Source of the DNA: Magallana gigas | Lineage: Eukaryota | Direction: 5' to 3' | Assembly (NCBI RefSeq): GCF_963853765.1 | Contig: NC_088854.1 | Coordinates: 29,946,001 to 30,010,000, forward strand | Length of the DNA: 64,000 nucleotides | Shown here: positions 12,005 through 24,318 of the stretch, piece by piece | Numbering within the stretch: position 1 is the first letter of the stretch | Layout of the letters: the number at the start of each line of letters is the position of its first letter | The notes under the pieces: model-generated | What the model saw: only the letters and a program-made list of their open reading frames with translations | Database searches by the model: none | What the model was told of the DNA's origin: nothing | Position numbers and translations under genes: made by a program

Positions 12005-12209
12005 TTATCATGAAATGTATTGTTTTTACAGTACGTGCAGTATGCTATCAAACCCTAGTTCTTACAAAAACATTTTTTTTGTGGCGTAAAATGAAGATTT
12101 TGTAAAATTAGTTTTATCGTGAAATGTATTGATTTTACAGTCCGTGTATTATGCTATCGAACCATAATTCTTATAAATAATTTTTTTGTGGCGTAAAATG
12201 AAGATTTTT
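12005..12209. repeat. Degenerate tandem duplication, period ~109 bp
   Basis: TTATC(A/G)TGAAATGTATTG...TTTTTTTGTGGCGTAAAATGAAGATTTT occurs at 12005 and again at 12114. Confidence 0.75.
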
Positions 12210-12356
12210 TATTTAAAAAGGTGAACAGTTGCAGAAATCAAGCAATGTCCACTTTTAACACTTATATGAAATATGAAATTTTACTGTCATATTCTTTTAT
12301 CTGTCAAATCATGCTGCATGATTTGCACGTGCTAGAGCTGAAGCGTCAACTGAACA

Positions 12357-12450
12357 TTTTAGGTCACCTGGCTTATTCTGGTGACCTAAATTTATTTGCA
12401 ATTAGGGGTCGGTTGACAGCGGTCATCCTTTGAACATTTTACTTCTTGGT
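12357..12450 (+). mobile_element. Degenerate Helentron/HINE-like (Pearl/CvA-type) 5' end
   Basis: TTTTAGGTCACC...GGTGACCTAAA 11-bp hairpin after a T-run resembles the subterminal inverted repeat of bivalve HINEs. Recognised from memory of the family. Confidence 0.4.
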
Positions 12451-13948
12451 CTACCTTGAATAAATTCTGTATAAATTGTAAAGTTCCTAACTTGCTGACT
12501 AAGCATATTAGAATATCATCCAAACTGAGTGAACAAATGCCCATTCATAACATTAAAGGCCCACGGGCCACACAGCGTACGCACACAAATGACTGATTCG
12601 AACCTGGCTCTAACACAAGTAGCTAATAAGCTCTACAAAATCAATTTCAATATAGCGTTTCAATCCCTATTTCCTTCTAGGGTCATATTTGAAAAAAAAA
12701 ATCTGAGTAAAAATGAAACGTTGTTAAATACTGGCTTACTCTCATATCACTTACACACCTTTTGAAAGATATCTTAATATCTATGCACGACTATGTAAAT
12801 ATTACAATCCCCCCCCCCACTCCTCAAATGACCTCAGAATATCCCCTCCAGACCAAACAGTGTCATGTTTACTTCATTTTATTTAAAACAAAGTTATTTT
12901 TGCTGGGGAAGATTTTTGGAACACTCGATAGAGGAAATGGATCAAGTAATGAAAAAAGACTATCTACAGAACTTTATACAATATTGTTTATTATTTTTAA
13001 TGTTTTGATTCAATACATTTGGTTTTTGGTTTTGGTTTTGGTTTGATTTTAATTTACAATGGTAATGCATATATTTTTCAGCAATATCCGGTACTCGTAA
13101 AACTTAGTTAAATAGGTAACAAGCAGTTTTAAGTAACAAATGCCAAGATCAATTCTCTACATAAGAAGATAATGTAGTAAATAAAATGATACGTTTTTTT
13201 TGTAAAATAACACCTTAAAGATCGATACGCTAACTCCTGTATTTAACCGTTTTTCCTTGTTACATTATAAAAGGTTCTTTTTCAACGGTCATTTTTAAAT
13301 AAAGTTAGAATGTAGTTTTAAAAAAAGGGGGGGGGGGGCGCAATTGACTGTCAGTACCTACATGTATGATGTTTTGACGGGGGATCAAAATTCACATCTA
13401 CATGGAATAATTATAGTTGACAAATTACAAATTTCCATTTTCGGACGTATTTTTCCGAAATAAGCAATGAAATTAACACTAAAGGATACAATTTTTAAAA
13501 TTCATCCGTATTTTCTAACACCCAATAGACAACCTAAGAGTCAGCTTCTGTCTGTGTCAAATACAGCTAATATGAAACACTACAGAATCGTGTACTAGCA
13601 TCTACCTTGAGTTCTACAATTTGTAAAAAATGTTTAAAATAGAGATTTATCATCAATGACAACGCATTTTGAGTAAAAGGTGTAATGGTATCGGCTTTTG
13701 TTTTCAAGAGAACTATGTCAAAGTGATCATTTCTAAGCGGTAAGCGTTTTATAAAATACACTTAGAATAGTACGTGTAAAACAACATGTATCAAACACTA
13801 TCATGCAACGATTTTTGGATCTAAAGATTGTTTATCCAAAGATTTCACCTTTAAACCGTCCCTCTAGCTTGTCAGGTTTCAATCCACGGCTTAAAAATGT
13901 GAAGTCAACGAGAATTTTGTATTGGAACCGACCCGTTTTATTGAAAAA

Positions 13949-14271
13949 CAATCGCAACTTCTCGGGCCTTTCCGGCAAGCTCGGAAAAACACCTCGAATG
14001 TATTACCTAGGCGTCCATGACAACCCCCCTTTTTATAAAACTTGATATAAATACAACACATTTTACGATCTGTTGAGATGTAAGCTAGACTTCATTAAAG
14101 TAAATGATATACCCTAGAATATAACACAGAAGCGACTTATAAGGCTGTCTAGCCGATATTTATTTTAATGGGAAGCGACTCCATTTTGTATGAAATTTTA
14201 ACATCCGGTGATGTTAATACATTCGAGGTGTTTTTCCGAGCTTGCCGGAAAGGCCCGAGAAGTTGCGATTG
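13949..14271. mobile_element. Mutator(MULE)-like MITE, 323 bp, perfect 57-bp TIR and 9-bp TSD ATTGAAAAA
   Basis: TIR CAATCGCAAC...GAATGTATTA is perfect at both ends. ATTGAAAAA at 13940-13948 and 14272-14280. A 9-bp TSD with long TIRs is typical of MULEs. Confidence 0.85.
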
Positions 14272-16122
14272 ATTGAAAAATTGTGCATGGTATTCCGAGT
14301 GACTTCCGAATGGAGAAAAGATGTCAACATCTCCCATCATTAATCTCCTTATGTACTAGTAATCTGGTTTCGTTCCATTGAATTTTTGTAGGTAATAAAT
14401 GATAACGTGTGAAAGAAAATATCTTTTATATTTTCCCTGTTATCTATCTTTCACGGGTACTATTTCGTCCAAATATGTGGCTGAATATCTTGGAACAGAC
14501 TGTAGTGTGTTTTGCACTAATATAAAAAGTAGTTTCCAATGAATGTTGTACTCCAGTCGACTTCTGTTCTGGTCATTTCTTTATAAATATGTTGTTTATT
14601 GAAAAAACGGTAATATTATTTATAGACTGGTGGTTGGTCATCCTTTTTTAAATTGGTTAATGTTAAGACTTACCACACAGGAAATATTGTGTGCAATATA
14701 TTTTCAACAATGTTATAATTAAAGATAAACCCAGTTAAAGAATTTGATAATTGATCTTGAACAAATTTGACATTTTGAAGAACATTTAGTACTTCCATAT
14801 CATTTCTAACCTTAGTTTTTGAATTTTTATTACGAGTACTATTATATTAAATCAAATGGCCAACTAATGTAAGATTTAAAACGTCTTAAAACCGAAATCT
14901 ATTATATCAAATATGATGTAAACATGTACCCTCTTCAAATTGATATTATAAAGTGTTTCAAAACTCTAAGAAAGAGCTATATTTTCTTTATAATTGCTAT
15001 TTTCGCATTCCCTTGTTGAAATATAGGGAATGACGGGAATCCGATGTTAAATTACCGAATTTAACGAAGTGTATGCCAAAACAATTGGGCAAAAATATTT
15101 GAAATGAAGCACATTCATATATGGATTGTGAAATAAAAATATAAAGCGAACTCATCATGTATTTTCGTATTTTATTGGCAACAATCATACACGTCGTAAA
15201 ATGTGGATCCCATCACATTCTCACATGAAACGAAGGAGAGACATTTGGTCTTGCGAACAATTGGTTATCAAACGTGGCTCTGAATTTCTCTTTACCCGCA
15301 ATAACAAAGTGTTGAAGTACCGTTTAGGATGAAATTGGTATTAAGTGAAATGATAAAGAAAAACTGCACAACGGAGAGAAAATAAATAGTAGTTCTTTTT
15401 CAGGCGTTGGTGCATCCTTCTGTGTATTTGGTATGCAGAAAGATAACCTGTAATAGAAAGACAAATTGTTATTTTTAAGGTAGCCATTTTTATTTATAGA
15501 CTATCTTTCTCTTTTGATGGATAGTTCGGATAGAGTCAAACAATTAGATCTGTTTTTGTCCTTTTTGATATCCACGTGTCTTCAAACGTTGATGTTCTAT
15601 TCCGGAAAAAATATATGTGCGCATATAAACTTGTCATTTATTCATCACATCAAACGACAATGACCAACCATGGTCAGGTACGCGCATCGCGTCACCAGCT
15701 GTAAAGGTGTCAAGGTAAAAATCGCTATGCAGTAAAAGGGCTCATGTTTCGACATTGCCGATAAAGTTGTCAGTTATATATTTTTTTTCGTAAGGTGTCT
15801 ATACCTAGCTTATAATGCGCTATAGGGTAATTTTGTGGTCAGTAAATGTCTCATTGGATTGTCATTGCGTCATACTGACGCAATAAAAGACAGAATATGT
15901 TATGAATAAGGATATTGTCGATTAATTTCCTTTAGAATGTTAACTTGAACTGTATAGTTTGGAAATTTAATACCATTCATTATCACATGTTTATCGTATC
16001 ATTTGCTAAGACCATCCGAAATCAAATATTTTTCAACGTGTTATGGTTTTATTCCTATAAAATGACATAATTTTATTTTCTAATGAAAAATATTTTTTTC
16101 GATATCCTTACCTCTGATTTTC

Positions 16123-17406
16123 TCAGTTCATCATTTTGCTAAGCTGTAGTGACATATAGTCTTTCAGACAACAACCAATGCCAGCAGGACTACATTTCAT
16201 CAGGTTTGGCATACGGTATTGTCTGAGTGAAAGCAAGTTACAGATGTTTCCGGTGCGGCAAGGGATGGCTTTAACTCCTTCAGTTTCTTTGCAAAGAGTG
16301 TATGGATTGTTAAGGAGGCGCATCATCATGGACCCCATTCCACTACCACCGGCACCGCCGGCTCCGGATAAAGCCATCAAAGCCATTGGGTTTCCTTGTA
16401 CATCTGAAACAATATAGAAATCGTTTAAAATGAGTAAAACTCCTTAACTGCTTACATTGTAACTCTATACTTTTGTAATGAATATATTTGGAATTCCCAT
16501 TAACTCGCTTTGTTATCATTTTAGATATAAAAGTTAAAAAAAAAATGATTGAGATTATCCCATGTTAATCAACAGTTTATCGTGAAGATAATGGCAATAC
16601 AAGTTGTGTATTTTAAATAATTATCATCATGTGAAAAACAGAATGAACACTGACAGTTTATGATTTACAACAAATGGTTATACATGTATATATCATATGT
16701 ACACATTGATAAACATTCGACAAATTTGGAAAGGCACAACGAATACCGCCACCTAAAATGACGACATTTTACAATACAAGGAACCTGCCTCAAGACGCCA
16801 CATTGATGAATAATATATTTGCAATATTATAAAGGAAAAATCAAGAAACCATATGAATATATATATTTAAAATCTACATTTCAAAAGAAATTTGGGAATA
16901 ACAACAAAATTATCAAATTAAAGGACCCCAAAAAATGCAACAAAATATACTAAAATTGGAAATGTTTCGACTTTCTATAGGAGAAAATCTAAGGTTTGTC
17001 GTTTCTATAAGAAATTTTAAGCTACCAATGAATATATTTAGCTGTCAAAAAACACTGGTCTTACCGCCAGAGCTAAGAGCCAATAGAAGGCCTAAATTTC
17101 GCTGTGCGGCTGTAAATAAAATGGCGACCTTTCCCGACATTAAATGTGCATACAATGATAAAAAAAAAAGTGACAAAACGAAATTTAAAAAAAACAAACC
17201 AAAAACATTTTTGCAAAAATATTAGTATCCTCATATTATAGACATACGGAATTTCACAGATTTAGAAATGTCCAAGAGATTAAAAAAAACGGTAAAAATA
17301 ATCCGGGGAAGATATAAAAACAGATGAGAACGTTCATATCCAAAGTGTGAAACTTACAAGTAGTACAACTGAAAACGGCCAAAGCGAGGACAATTTCCTT
17401 GATCAT
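16123..17406 (-). CDS. Secreted Met/Gly-rich protein with C-terminal six-Cys module, 109 aa (family member 3). Exons 17406-17358, 16403-16123
   Basis: Exon 1 encodes MIKEIVLALAVFSCTT plus T|GTAAGT. Acceptor tttcag gives YVQGNP followed by ORF MALMALSGAGGAGGSGMGSMMMRLLNNPYTLCKETEGVKAIPCRTGNICNLLSLRQYRMPNLMKCSPAGIGCCLKDYMSLQLSKMMN. Confidence 0.92.
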
Positions 17407-17495
17407 GGTGTCTGAGGTTGGGAGAGTGGAGGGTGATGGTTCGTTACCGCCGACTGTACGTGACCCACAGTGCCCGGGCATTAGCTGGTCCGTCT

Positions 17496-17502
17496 TTTTA
17501 TA
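17496..17502 (-). promoter_or_regulatory. Putative TATA box of Met/Gly-rich gene 3
   Basis: TATAAAA on the minus strand, about 90 bp upstream of ATG 17406. Confidence 0.55.
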
Positions 17503-19075
17503 CATCCATTGTCTCCCATCCCATTTATGACACTTTATTGCAAAGGTTTGGTCACATCATTATACAGGGTCAGAGGTCAAAGTTCGAAGTCTCTATACAG
17601 GATTTCTTTTTCTTTCTTTTTGGCGGACATTTGGCATATTTTTTTATTATGTGTCAGCGTCAAATGTAATAGTATATGCCAGCATTCTCTCGCCAAATTT
17701 ATATACATGTAAAGGATAAAGAATATTTGATGTGGTATTGCTCATGATTTGTTTGTTTATAAGGTTTGTACGGATAAACAATAAAAAAGAAACATTTTGA
17801 GCTACGATAAATTGTATAAAAAACAAAAATAAATTTTGTTTCCTAAACAAATGAATAGAGTTTATACAAACATAGATTAAACTTTTTTCCCGTGTCTATG
17901 AAAACTGTTATCTGTATTATATGTGACAGCTTCCTTTCAATGTCGACTGTGCAAAACTTATCTGTTCAATGTTAAATAAATTCAAGTACCAATGTGAATG
18001 GTACGCATCATTTGACAGAATTTTGTTAATCTAATTTATTCGCAAGCTTATTAAAAAGAACTTTGTTTGAATTGAAAGTACGCCACTTAACGGTAATTGC
18101 ATAAGAAACTAATAAAACTGTTTTTTTTAAGATAGTTCTAAAACCTGAACAATTTGATATATTGAAAATATATATTATTGACGATCTTTAGTTTTATTCT
18201 CTCCATTTTTATTTTTTTAAAACTCATAAAAAACCATTTGGAGAAAATTGGTTGATAAAAATATAAAAAAAATGAGATATTTTTAAAGATGTTAGTAATT
18301 TGATCATCGACTAACTAAAGATAACTGCTTCTTCCTATCAGGCTGTCCAAAACCGCAAGATTTTGCATAATAGGGAGGAGGGGTGTTGCGGGTGTGGAAA
18401 AGGGTGTGAATAATTGGCTGTAAATTAAACATAAAGAATACGCCTTTCATGTACTGACAGAATCTGACAGAATCTCTCATTTCAATCACTAACAATAAAA
18501 CTTTGAAAATGCGAATTCTGTAATAAAACATAAGGGGCAGGGGGAGAGGGGTGTACTTTGCAACGTGCTTAGGAGGAACTCTTCTTGGGGAAGAAGATTT
18601 ATTTTTATGACACTGATGTATATGAAAGCTCTAATTCGTTTTATGGCGATTCCGTGTGATTTGCGCAAAAGTTGTGCATGCGCTGTCATGTGCGCACGCT
18701 GCTCAAAATGATTGATAATGTCATGAATCTGTCACTCCCCCTTCCCGCATATTTAATCTTTACAGTCAGTTTTCAGACTTACATTGTACTTCATAATCAC
18801 TGTCCAGATGGTCTTCATCATTTTTTTTTTATATCTGGCATGCTGTGGGTCTTGTTTTCCTCACGCCATCTTGAACATGATGCACATTTTAGATGTGATG
18901 TAATGATTGTATTCATATGAATACGTTATTGCTTTATACCCCATCCCCCTTCTCTATCATAACCAACATTTTTAAAACTTTGAAGTAGTTTAAGGGATGC
19001 GTGTATATGTTTTCCCCATCTAATATGTATTCAAGAAGTATCTTTAAATGTACGAGTTGTTTGATTTTTTTGTTT

Positions 19076-19125
19076 TGTCATGTTGTAAATTTAGAATTTA
19101 CTGAGTGGGTTGTTGTCATGTTGTA

Positions 19126-19163
<38 letters not shown>

Positions 19164-19175
19164 ACAACATGACAG
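19076..19175. repeat. Internally deleted copy of the palindromic element at 24199-24335
   Basis: Right arm matches the 24.2-kb palindrome. Left arm lacks most of the segment GTAAATACAAAATTTACAACATGACAA. Confidence 0.8.
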
Positions 19176-19179
19176 TTTC

Positions 19180-19290
19180 CTGCGCGGATCCGGAAAAAAA
19201 GATTACAAAGCCGCTTCTAGTCAGCTGCGGGGGGGGGGGGGGGGGGAAGAGGGGGAGGGGCTATTTTCTGAAATTTTATTAGTGAAGTTT
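19180..19290. mobile_element. Remnant of a poly-G MITE starting (T/C)GCGGATCC
   Basis: CCTGCGCGGATCC, poly-G, then CTATTTT...AATTTTA. Similar layout at 27796-27963. Confidence 0.4.
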
Positions 19291-20061
19291 GCACCACGAT
19301 AACCCTCCTTAATATCAATTTCAGATTCGTATCTTTTTGCATTAGATTGATCAAAACGATGATATCAATTACGACATCTGTTATTGCAAATTTCTATATA
19401 TCACCAGTCATATTCATGTATATGGTAAATAACTACAACGTTAAATAGTTACAATACTTTAGGAAAAGAAATCTTAGCAAAGGTGAAGCTAGGGATTAAC
19501 AATACACAAAACATCCCAAAATCAATTTATCAGCTAAGGGTCTTTATCTAAATTACTGGATTTACGAAAATTCACAGATTAAAGTGTAAAATATGCAAAT
19601 TAATGTGTAAAAAAAGAAAGAAAAAAGCGTCAATGTGGCACTATATAATACGCTTTCGAACAAAGTTAAAAAGAAAAAAAATGTTTTTTTAAAAAGGTAA
19701 TATTTCAATGAGTTCCAATGATACTTCTGTAAGTTTGAAATCCGAAAGTTTCTTAACTTTAAATCTACATCTTAAATATCACGCCCTTGGTACATCGTAT
19801 TTAATTAAAGCATGTCGTAGACAGCGAAAGTGTTTGTAGAATGTCCTCCAGTAACGAAATGACAAATATTATACCTCAGCAGCTATTATGGTACGTTACG
19901 ACACCTTAACACGGCGGCTATAAACGGCGAACGCTGCATGTTCGAGGTGACAAGAAATAGCAAAGAATAAAAACGGACCTACGTTCAAGATGACCAATGG
20001 CGTGAGATGATGGATGTTAATGGCTTGATGGTGCGTGAGGTGGGACAAATGATAAAATGGG

Positions 20062-20203
20062 NNNNNNNNNNNNNNNNNNNNNNNNNNNNNNNNNNNNNNN
20101 NNNNNNNNNNNNNNNNNNNNNNNNNNNNNNNNNNNNNNNNNNNNNNNNNNNNNNNNNNNNNNNNNNNNNNNNNNNNNNNNNNNNNNNNNNNNNNNNNNNN
20201 NNN
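20062..20203. other. Assembly gap (142 N)
   Basis: Run of N. Distance and contiguity across it are uncertain. Confidence 0.98.
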
Positions 20204-20851
20204 ATTAATAATTAATATACAATCATGTATGATCCTCTAAAATTAGAGGACGAAGGGCACGCGCAGTGAAGGTCAAAATGATGACAACTGAACTAACTTG
20301 TGTAAGGTATTCTAAACACAAAAAAATTCGATCTAATTTATGGCAAACATTTTTAACAACAGTCAACCGAGTTTGTTCATATGGACATGTGAAATTTAAA
20401 TTCATTGCTCTTCTGTAATTTTAATTACTGTTATGTATTAATTCATTTCAAAATTGTTGTGACAGAGCTTTAGTTCCTTTGTTTTGCTTTTTGTTTTTTG
20501 TTTTGTTTTGCTTTGATTTTTTTTTACATGGTTTCTTGCAATTAAACCATGCCTTTTAAAAAAAATGCAAGGTCACTGTAAAATTTGGAAAATGTTAATT
20601 CATAACCAATTTTCCTGGAATTTTTTTCAAAAACAATAAATGTACATGTATCACTGAACATAAGAACAACTGAAACAACTTCGTACAGATTTGTAAGAGT
20701 AAGTTATGTAATGAGCAGACTGGGCATAAAGTAACAATCACTGGTTTGACTCCAACTTGGTTGTCATTCGTCGAGACGTTGCCTCTATTCTACAAACCAA
20801 ATCCGTTATTCGTGGTTTCTGTCTTCCGTACAACAGAGAGATTATGACGAT

Positions 20852-21200
20852 GAGACCATGGACCACATCGCTCATTTAAAAACAATCATGTCCAGTTCAG
20901 AAATAACTCAGACCAAAGTATATGTACTTAAATTCTGAAACCGTTCAATAAAATTTATTGAAATTATTGCAGTTCTTATTGAACATTCAGAAAAAAAGCC
21001 ATGATGATAATAAGCCTAAGAATTATTCTCTACTTTTTATGCATATAAATACTACCAGATTGGAATTGAAATATTCTTCGTGCAGTAACGTTATATAATA
21101 AGCAAGTCTTGGGAACAAATTTTACTAGTGCTTGAAAAATTGAAAATCTCTCTATGTATCTGCATGTACATTTAATAATATTCCGTTAGGAAACAACATT
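20852..21200. mobile_element. Degenerate Helentron/HINE-like remnant
   Basis: GAGACCATGGACCACATCGCTCA resembles the GAGGCCCATGGGCCACATCGCTCACC terminus of oyster HINEs. Recalled, not searched; right boundary approximate. Confidence 0.35.
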
Positions 21201-23266
21201 TAGGAAAGAAAAAGTCCTAACTTCCTTTTTATCAAAATTTCATTCTGTCCCTGTTCTTTATAAACAACTATTACTATATCTAGAATTATTGCATATCGGT
21301 TTCTCAAGAATTTGTATCCAATCTTTTCATCATATAGGCTTTGTTTACTACTTTTATGCTTTTAATGTAGATCTCCCAGCTTGTTCCCTCTCTGAATTTT
21401 AAATGCATTACGTTTTAGCGTCCCAGTTATTAAAGGAAGCTTTAAGGGGTCAATATATTCATGCGCGTTTGTTCGATGAATTTATAATAACTAAATATTT
21501 TACTTAAGTTTGTGAAAAAATATAGTTTTACATGAAAGTGAAAAGAAGAAAGATAGAAAAAAGTACTCGTTTGAATAAAAGTTTGCTTAAAATGCGTATT
21601 TAAAAGGACAGCAACGATCATCTATAACCATAACACATAAGCGGTTTTTTGTGTTTTTTGTGGGTTTTTTTGTTGTTGCAGGGGTTATTGAAAGTAGTTT
21701 CACCTCTTCTTCACAACTGATATACAACTGAGATAAAGACAAAAAGTTTAAAATAAATAATACCGACCTTAATTTTATATATTTTAGTCTGCCCAATTTA
21801 GAGAGAAAAATGTGAAATTTTATTTATATTTTTAAAACCCTCTGCTCCACAACATTGCTAAAAACAGTAAGAAAATGTCACAAAATTGGGAAAATATCTT
21901 TACAAGTGTTCAAAATAAGTGATGAGCAAAAATATAGATACTAATATATATTTTTCATTTTATTTAATACGTATAATTATAAGTGTTTGTAATTCAGTAC
22001 ACTTCCATTTGCAACTATCATCATACTACGTTCAGGAGGCTAAGTTGTCAACAAATTATCCATCGATTCACCTTAAATTTTAAGGTATGATATTTTATGC
22101 CTAAACTATGATTTAGTAGAGAAATAATCCATAAATATTAGCTTTAAAATTTTAATGGTCTTCAATTTCTTTATACAAAGCTCAAAGTTAACAGAAGGTG
22201 TATTCATTGTACATAAAAAAGTAAAGGGACGATCGGCACTCGTATTGGATTAATAGGGGTCCTCGGTTCAAGCTATGTTATAAACAAGTTCTCCAATTTC
22301 TTCAACAATTTCTGGCGAGATCTAGTTTGGAAAATGATCAAATGAAAGTTGAAGCAAACTCATTATGTAATCACTAAGGAGATCCGAAAGCACACGATAA
22401 ACCAAGATTCGCGGATTTTTTTTTTGCTCTCTCTAGACTTATCCCTCGGAACACCCCAGTGATTATATAGAGTATTTACGTCACTCTTATGTAAACTTCC
22501 GTTGCTTAAGATAAGTTTGGCGAGGATGTACCGGTAGTACATTTCAACACAATTTGTTTATCATGCGGCACACAGATATAGTCAGACAATAGGGATATAT
22601 CATATGATCATTTTCTAACCTAGATCTCGTCAGAAATCGTTTGAGAAAAAAAAACTTGTATAAAACATAGTTTGAAGCGAGGACCCCCTATAAATCCAAA
22701 ATGGCAAGTGTCGTCCCTTTGCTTTTTTAAATACATTAAATACACCTTTTTAACACTATTAAAACTGGGGTTGTGAATGTTTTTATTCAATACACAGAAA
22801 TACACATAATATTATCATTGTTATTCATTTTTGTCTTCGGGAACAAATACATGTAATAAAGAACTCCACTATCCAACAACCGAGCCCCTGTTTTCTGGAA
22901 CACGTTGAAACAAAATCTGATTTGCAGAAAATCATGATTAATTTTCTCGTCTATCTTTTACACTAATTCACTCCTCTTTGACATATGGAAATATGTATTT
23001 CGTAATAATTTTAAGGAGAGGTTGTTAAATGGTTATCAATATGAATAAAATCATTGAACCGAAATTCTCCTTTATAGAAATGTGCCCTTTGATAAGGTGT
23101 ATTACTTTGAACATGTGGTATATTGCTTAGAACATGTGATCTAATACCATTTATCTCTTCATAGCAATTGACTTCATGACTCTGGGAGAGATAAGAACTT
23201 GAATAACCATCGTGATTTTACATGTGATCTCTCCGAAAAAAGGCTTGTGTAACTAACATATTGTCG

Positions 23267-23272
23267 TATAAA
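23267..23272 (+). promoter_or_regulatory. Putative TATA box of the divergent fasciclin gene
   Basis: TATAAA, 47 bp upstream of ATG 23314. Confidence 0.45.
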
Positions 23273-23313
23273 TATTCATTGAAATTATTGCAATTCTTAT
23301 TGAACACTTCAAC

Positions 23314-24215
23314 ATGATCAAATTATTGTCTATTCTGTCCTGTGTGCAATTTGCCTTGTGTGGGAACGTGGTAGAAGTTCTCCAACAACAGAACTTGACG
23401 ACGTTGATTTCACTTGTCCAGAAGGCAGGACTTGTTGATGCACTCCTTGGAGGTAGGATTTTCGACATTATGTCTTACACGTACATGTACATGTAACGTC
23501 TGAATTCACAACATGACCGTTGTTGCCTGTTGTAAATTATAGTTTAACACATATAAATTTTAAAATGTTAAATGACGAAAACGGTGAAATTTGATGAAAT
23601 CGAATTTGAAAGTCGACGGATAGAAGTATTAATATTACGCACTGTCTAGTACTATTACATATATACAACTGTACAGCTAAAATTTTTGCAGTTTATTGAA
23701 ATGAATTAGTTTTCACAACTTGTCTTTGCCAGGAGAATTTACCGTTTTTGCCCCGACAAACCAAGCGTTTGAGCGGCTACCGGCTACAACGCTATCATAT
23801 CTCTCAAGCAACACACAAGCTCTCGCCGATGTGCTGAAGTACCACGTGGTATCGGGAACTGTGATGAAGTCAGCTGCATCCAACGAGTTACAAGTAACCA
23901 GTCTGGCCGGCAGCAAAATCAGATTCAACATTTACCCATTTAACGGCATGGTAAATTGATTCTTGAAAAATAACTGTTTACAATTTTAGCTCACCCCCCC
24001 CCCATCCCTTCTTTTGCAGAAAATAGATTAAAGTTATATATTTTGGTTGTGCCTTTAAAAATCAAAAAAATTGGTTGGCTCTCATTTGATCATTTTATTA
24101 AGTTTTAATACTGCAAATGTTTGTTTGCTCGAGCTGCAGATCTGTAACTCTAAGAAAACTATTTGGTTTGACAGATCGCAAAACTCTTCGTAGAACTATA
24201 GATCTGTCATGTTGT

Positions 24216-24253
<38 letters not shown>

Positions 24254-24280
24254 TACAACATGACAACTTGTCATGTTGTA

Positions 24281-24318
<38 letters not shown>

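Noticed and set aside
15404-15430. Possible 27-nt micro-exon (TTTTTCAG|GCGTTGG...TTTG|GTATGC)
   Set aside because: Good splice-like sites, but no partner exons on the plus strand could be linked to it.
16178-16417. Plus-strand 79-aa ORF over Met/Gly gene 3
   Set aside because: Antisense shadow of the minus-strand exon.
18783-18821. Minus-strand MMKTIWTVIMKYN|GTAAGT resembling a fourth signal-peptide exon of the Met/Gly family
   Set aside because: Too weakly hydrophobic, wrong phase, and no matching second exon found.
20952-20990. Short match (TTGAAATTATTGCA.TTCTTATTGAACA) to the region just upstream of the fasciclin ATG at ~23279-23307
   Set aside because: Only about 28 bp, AT-rich, and inside a probable HINE remnant. 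Not enough to call a duplicated promoter or pseudogene.
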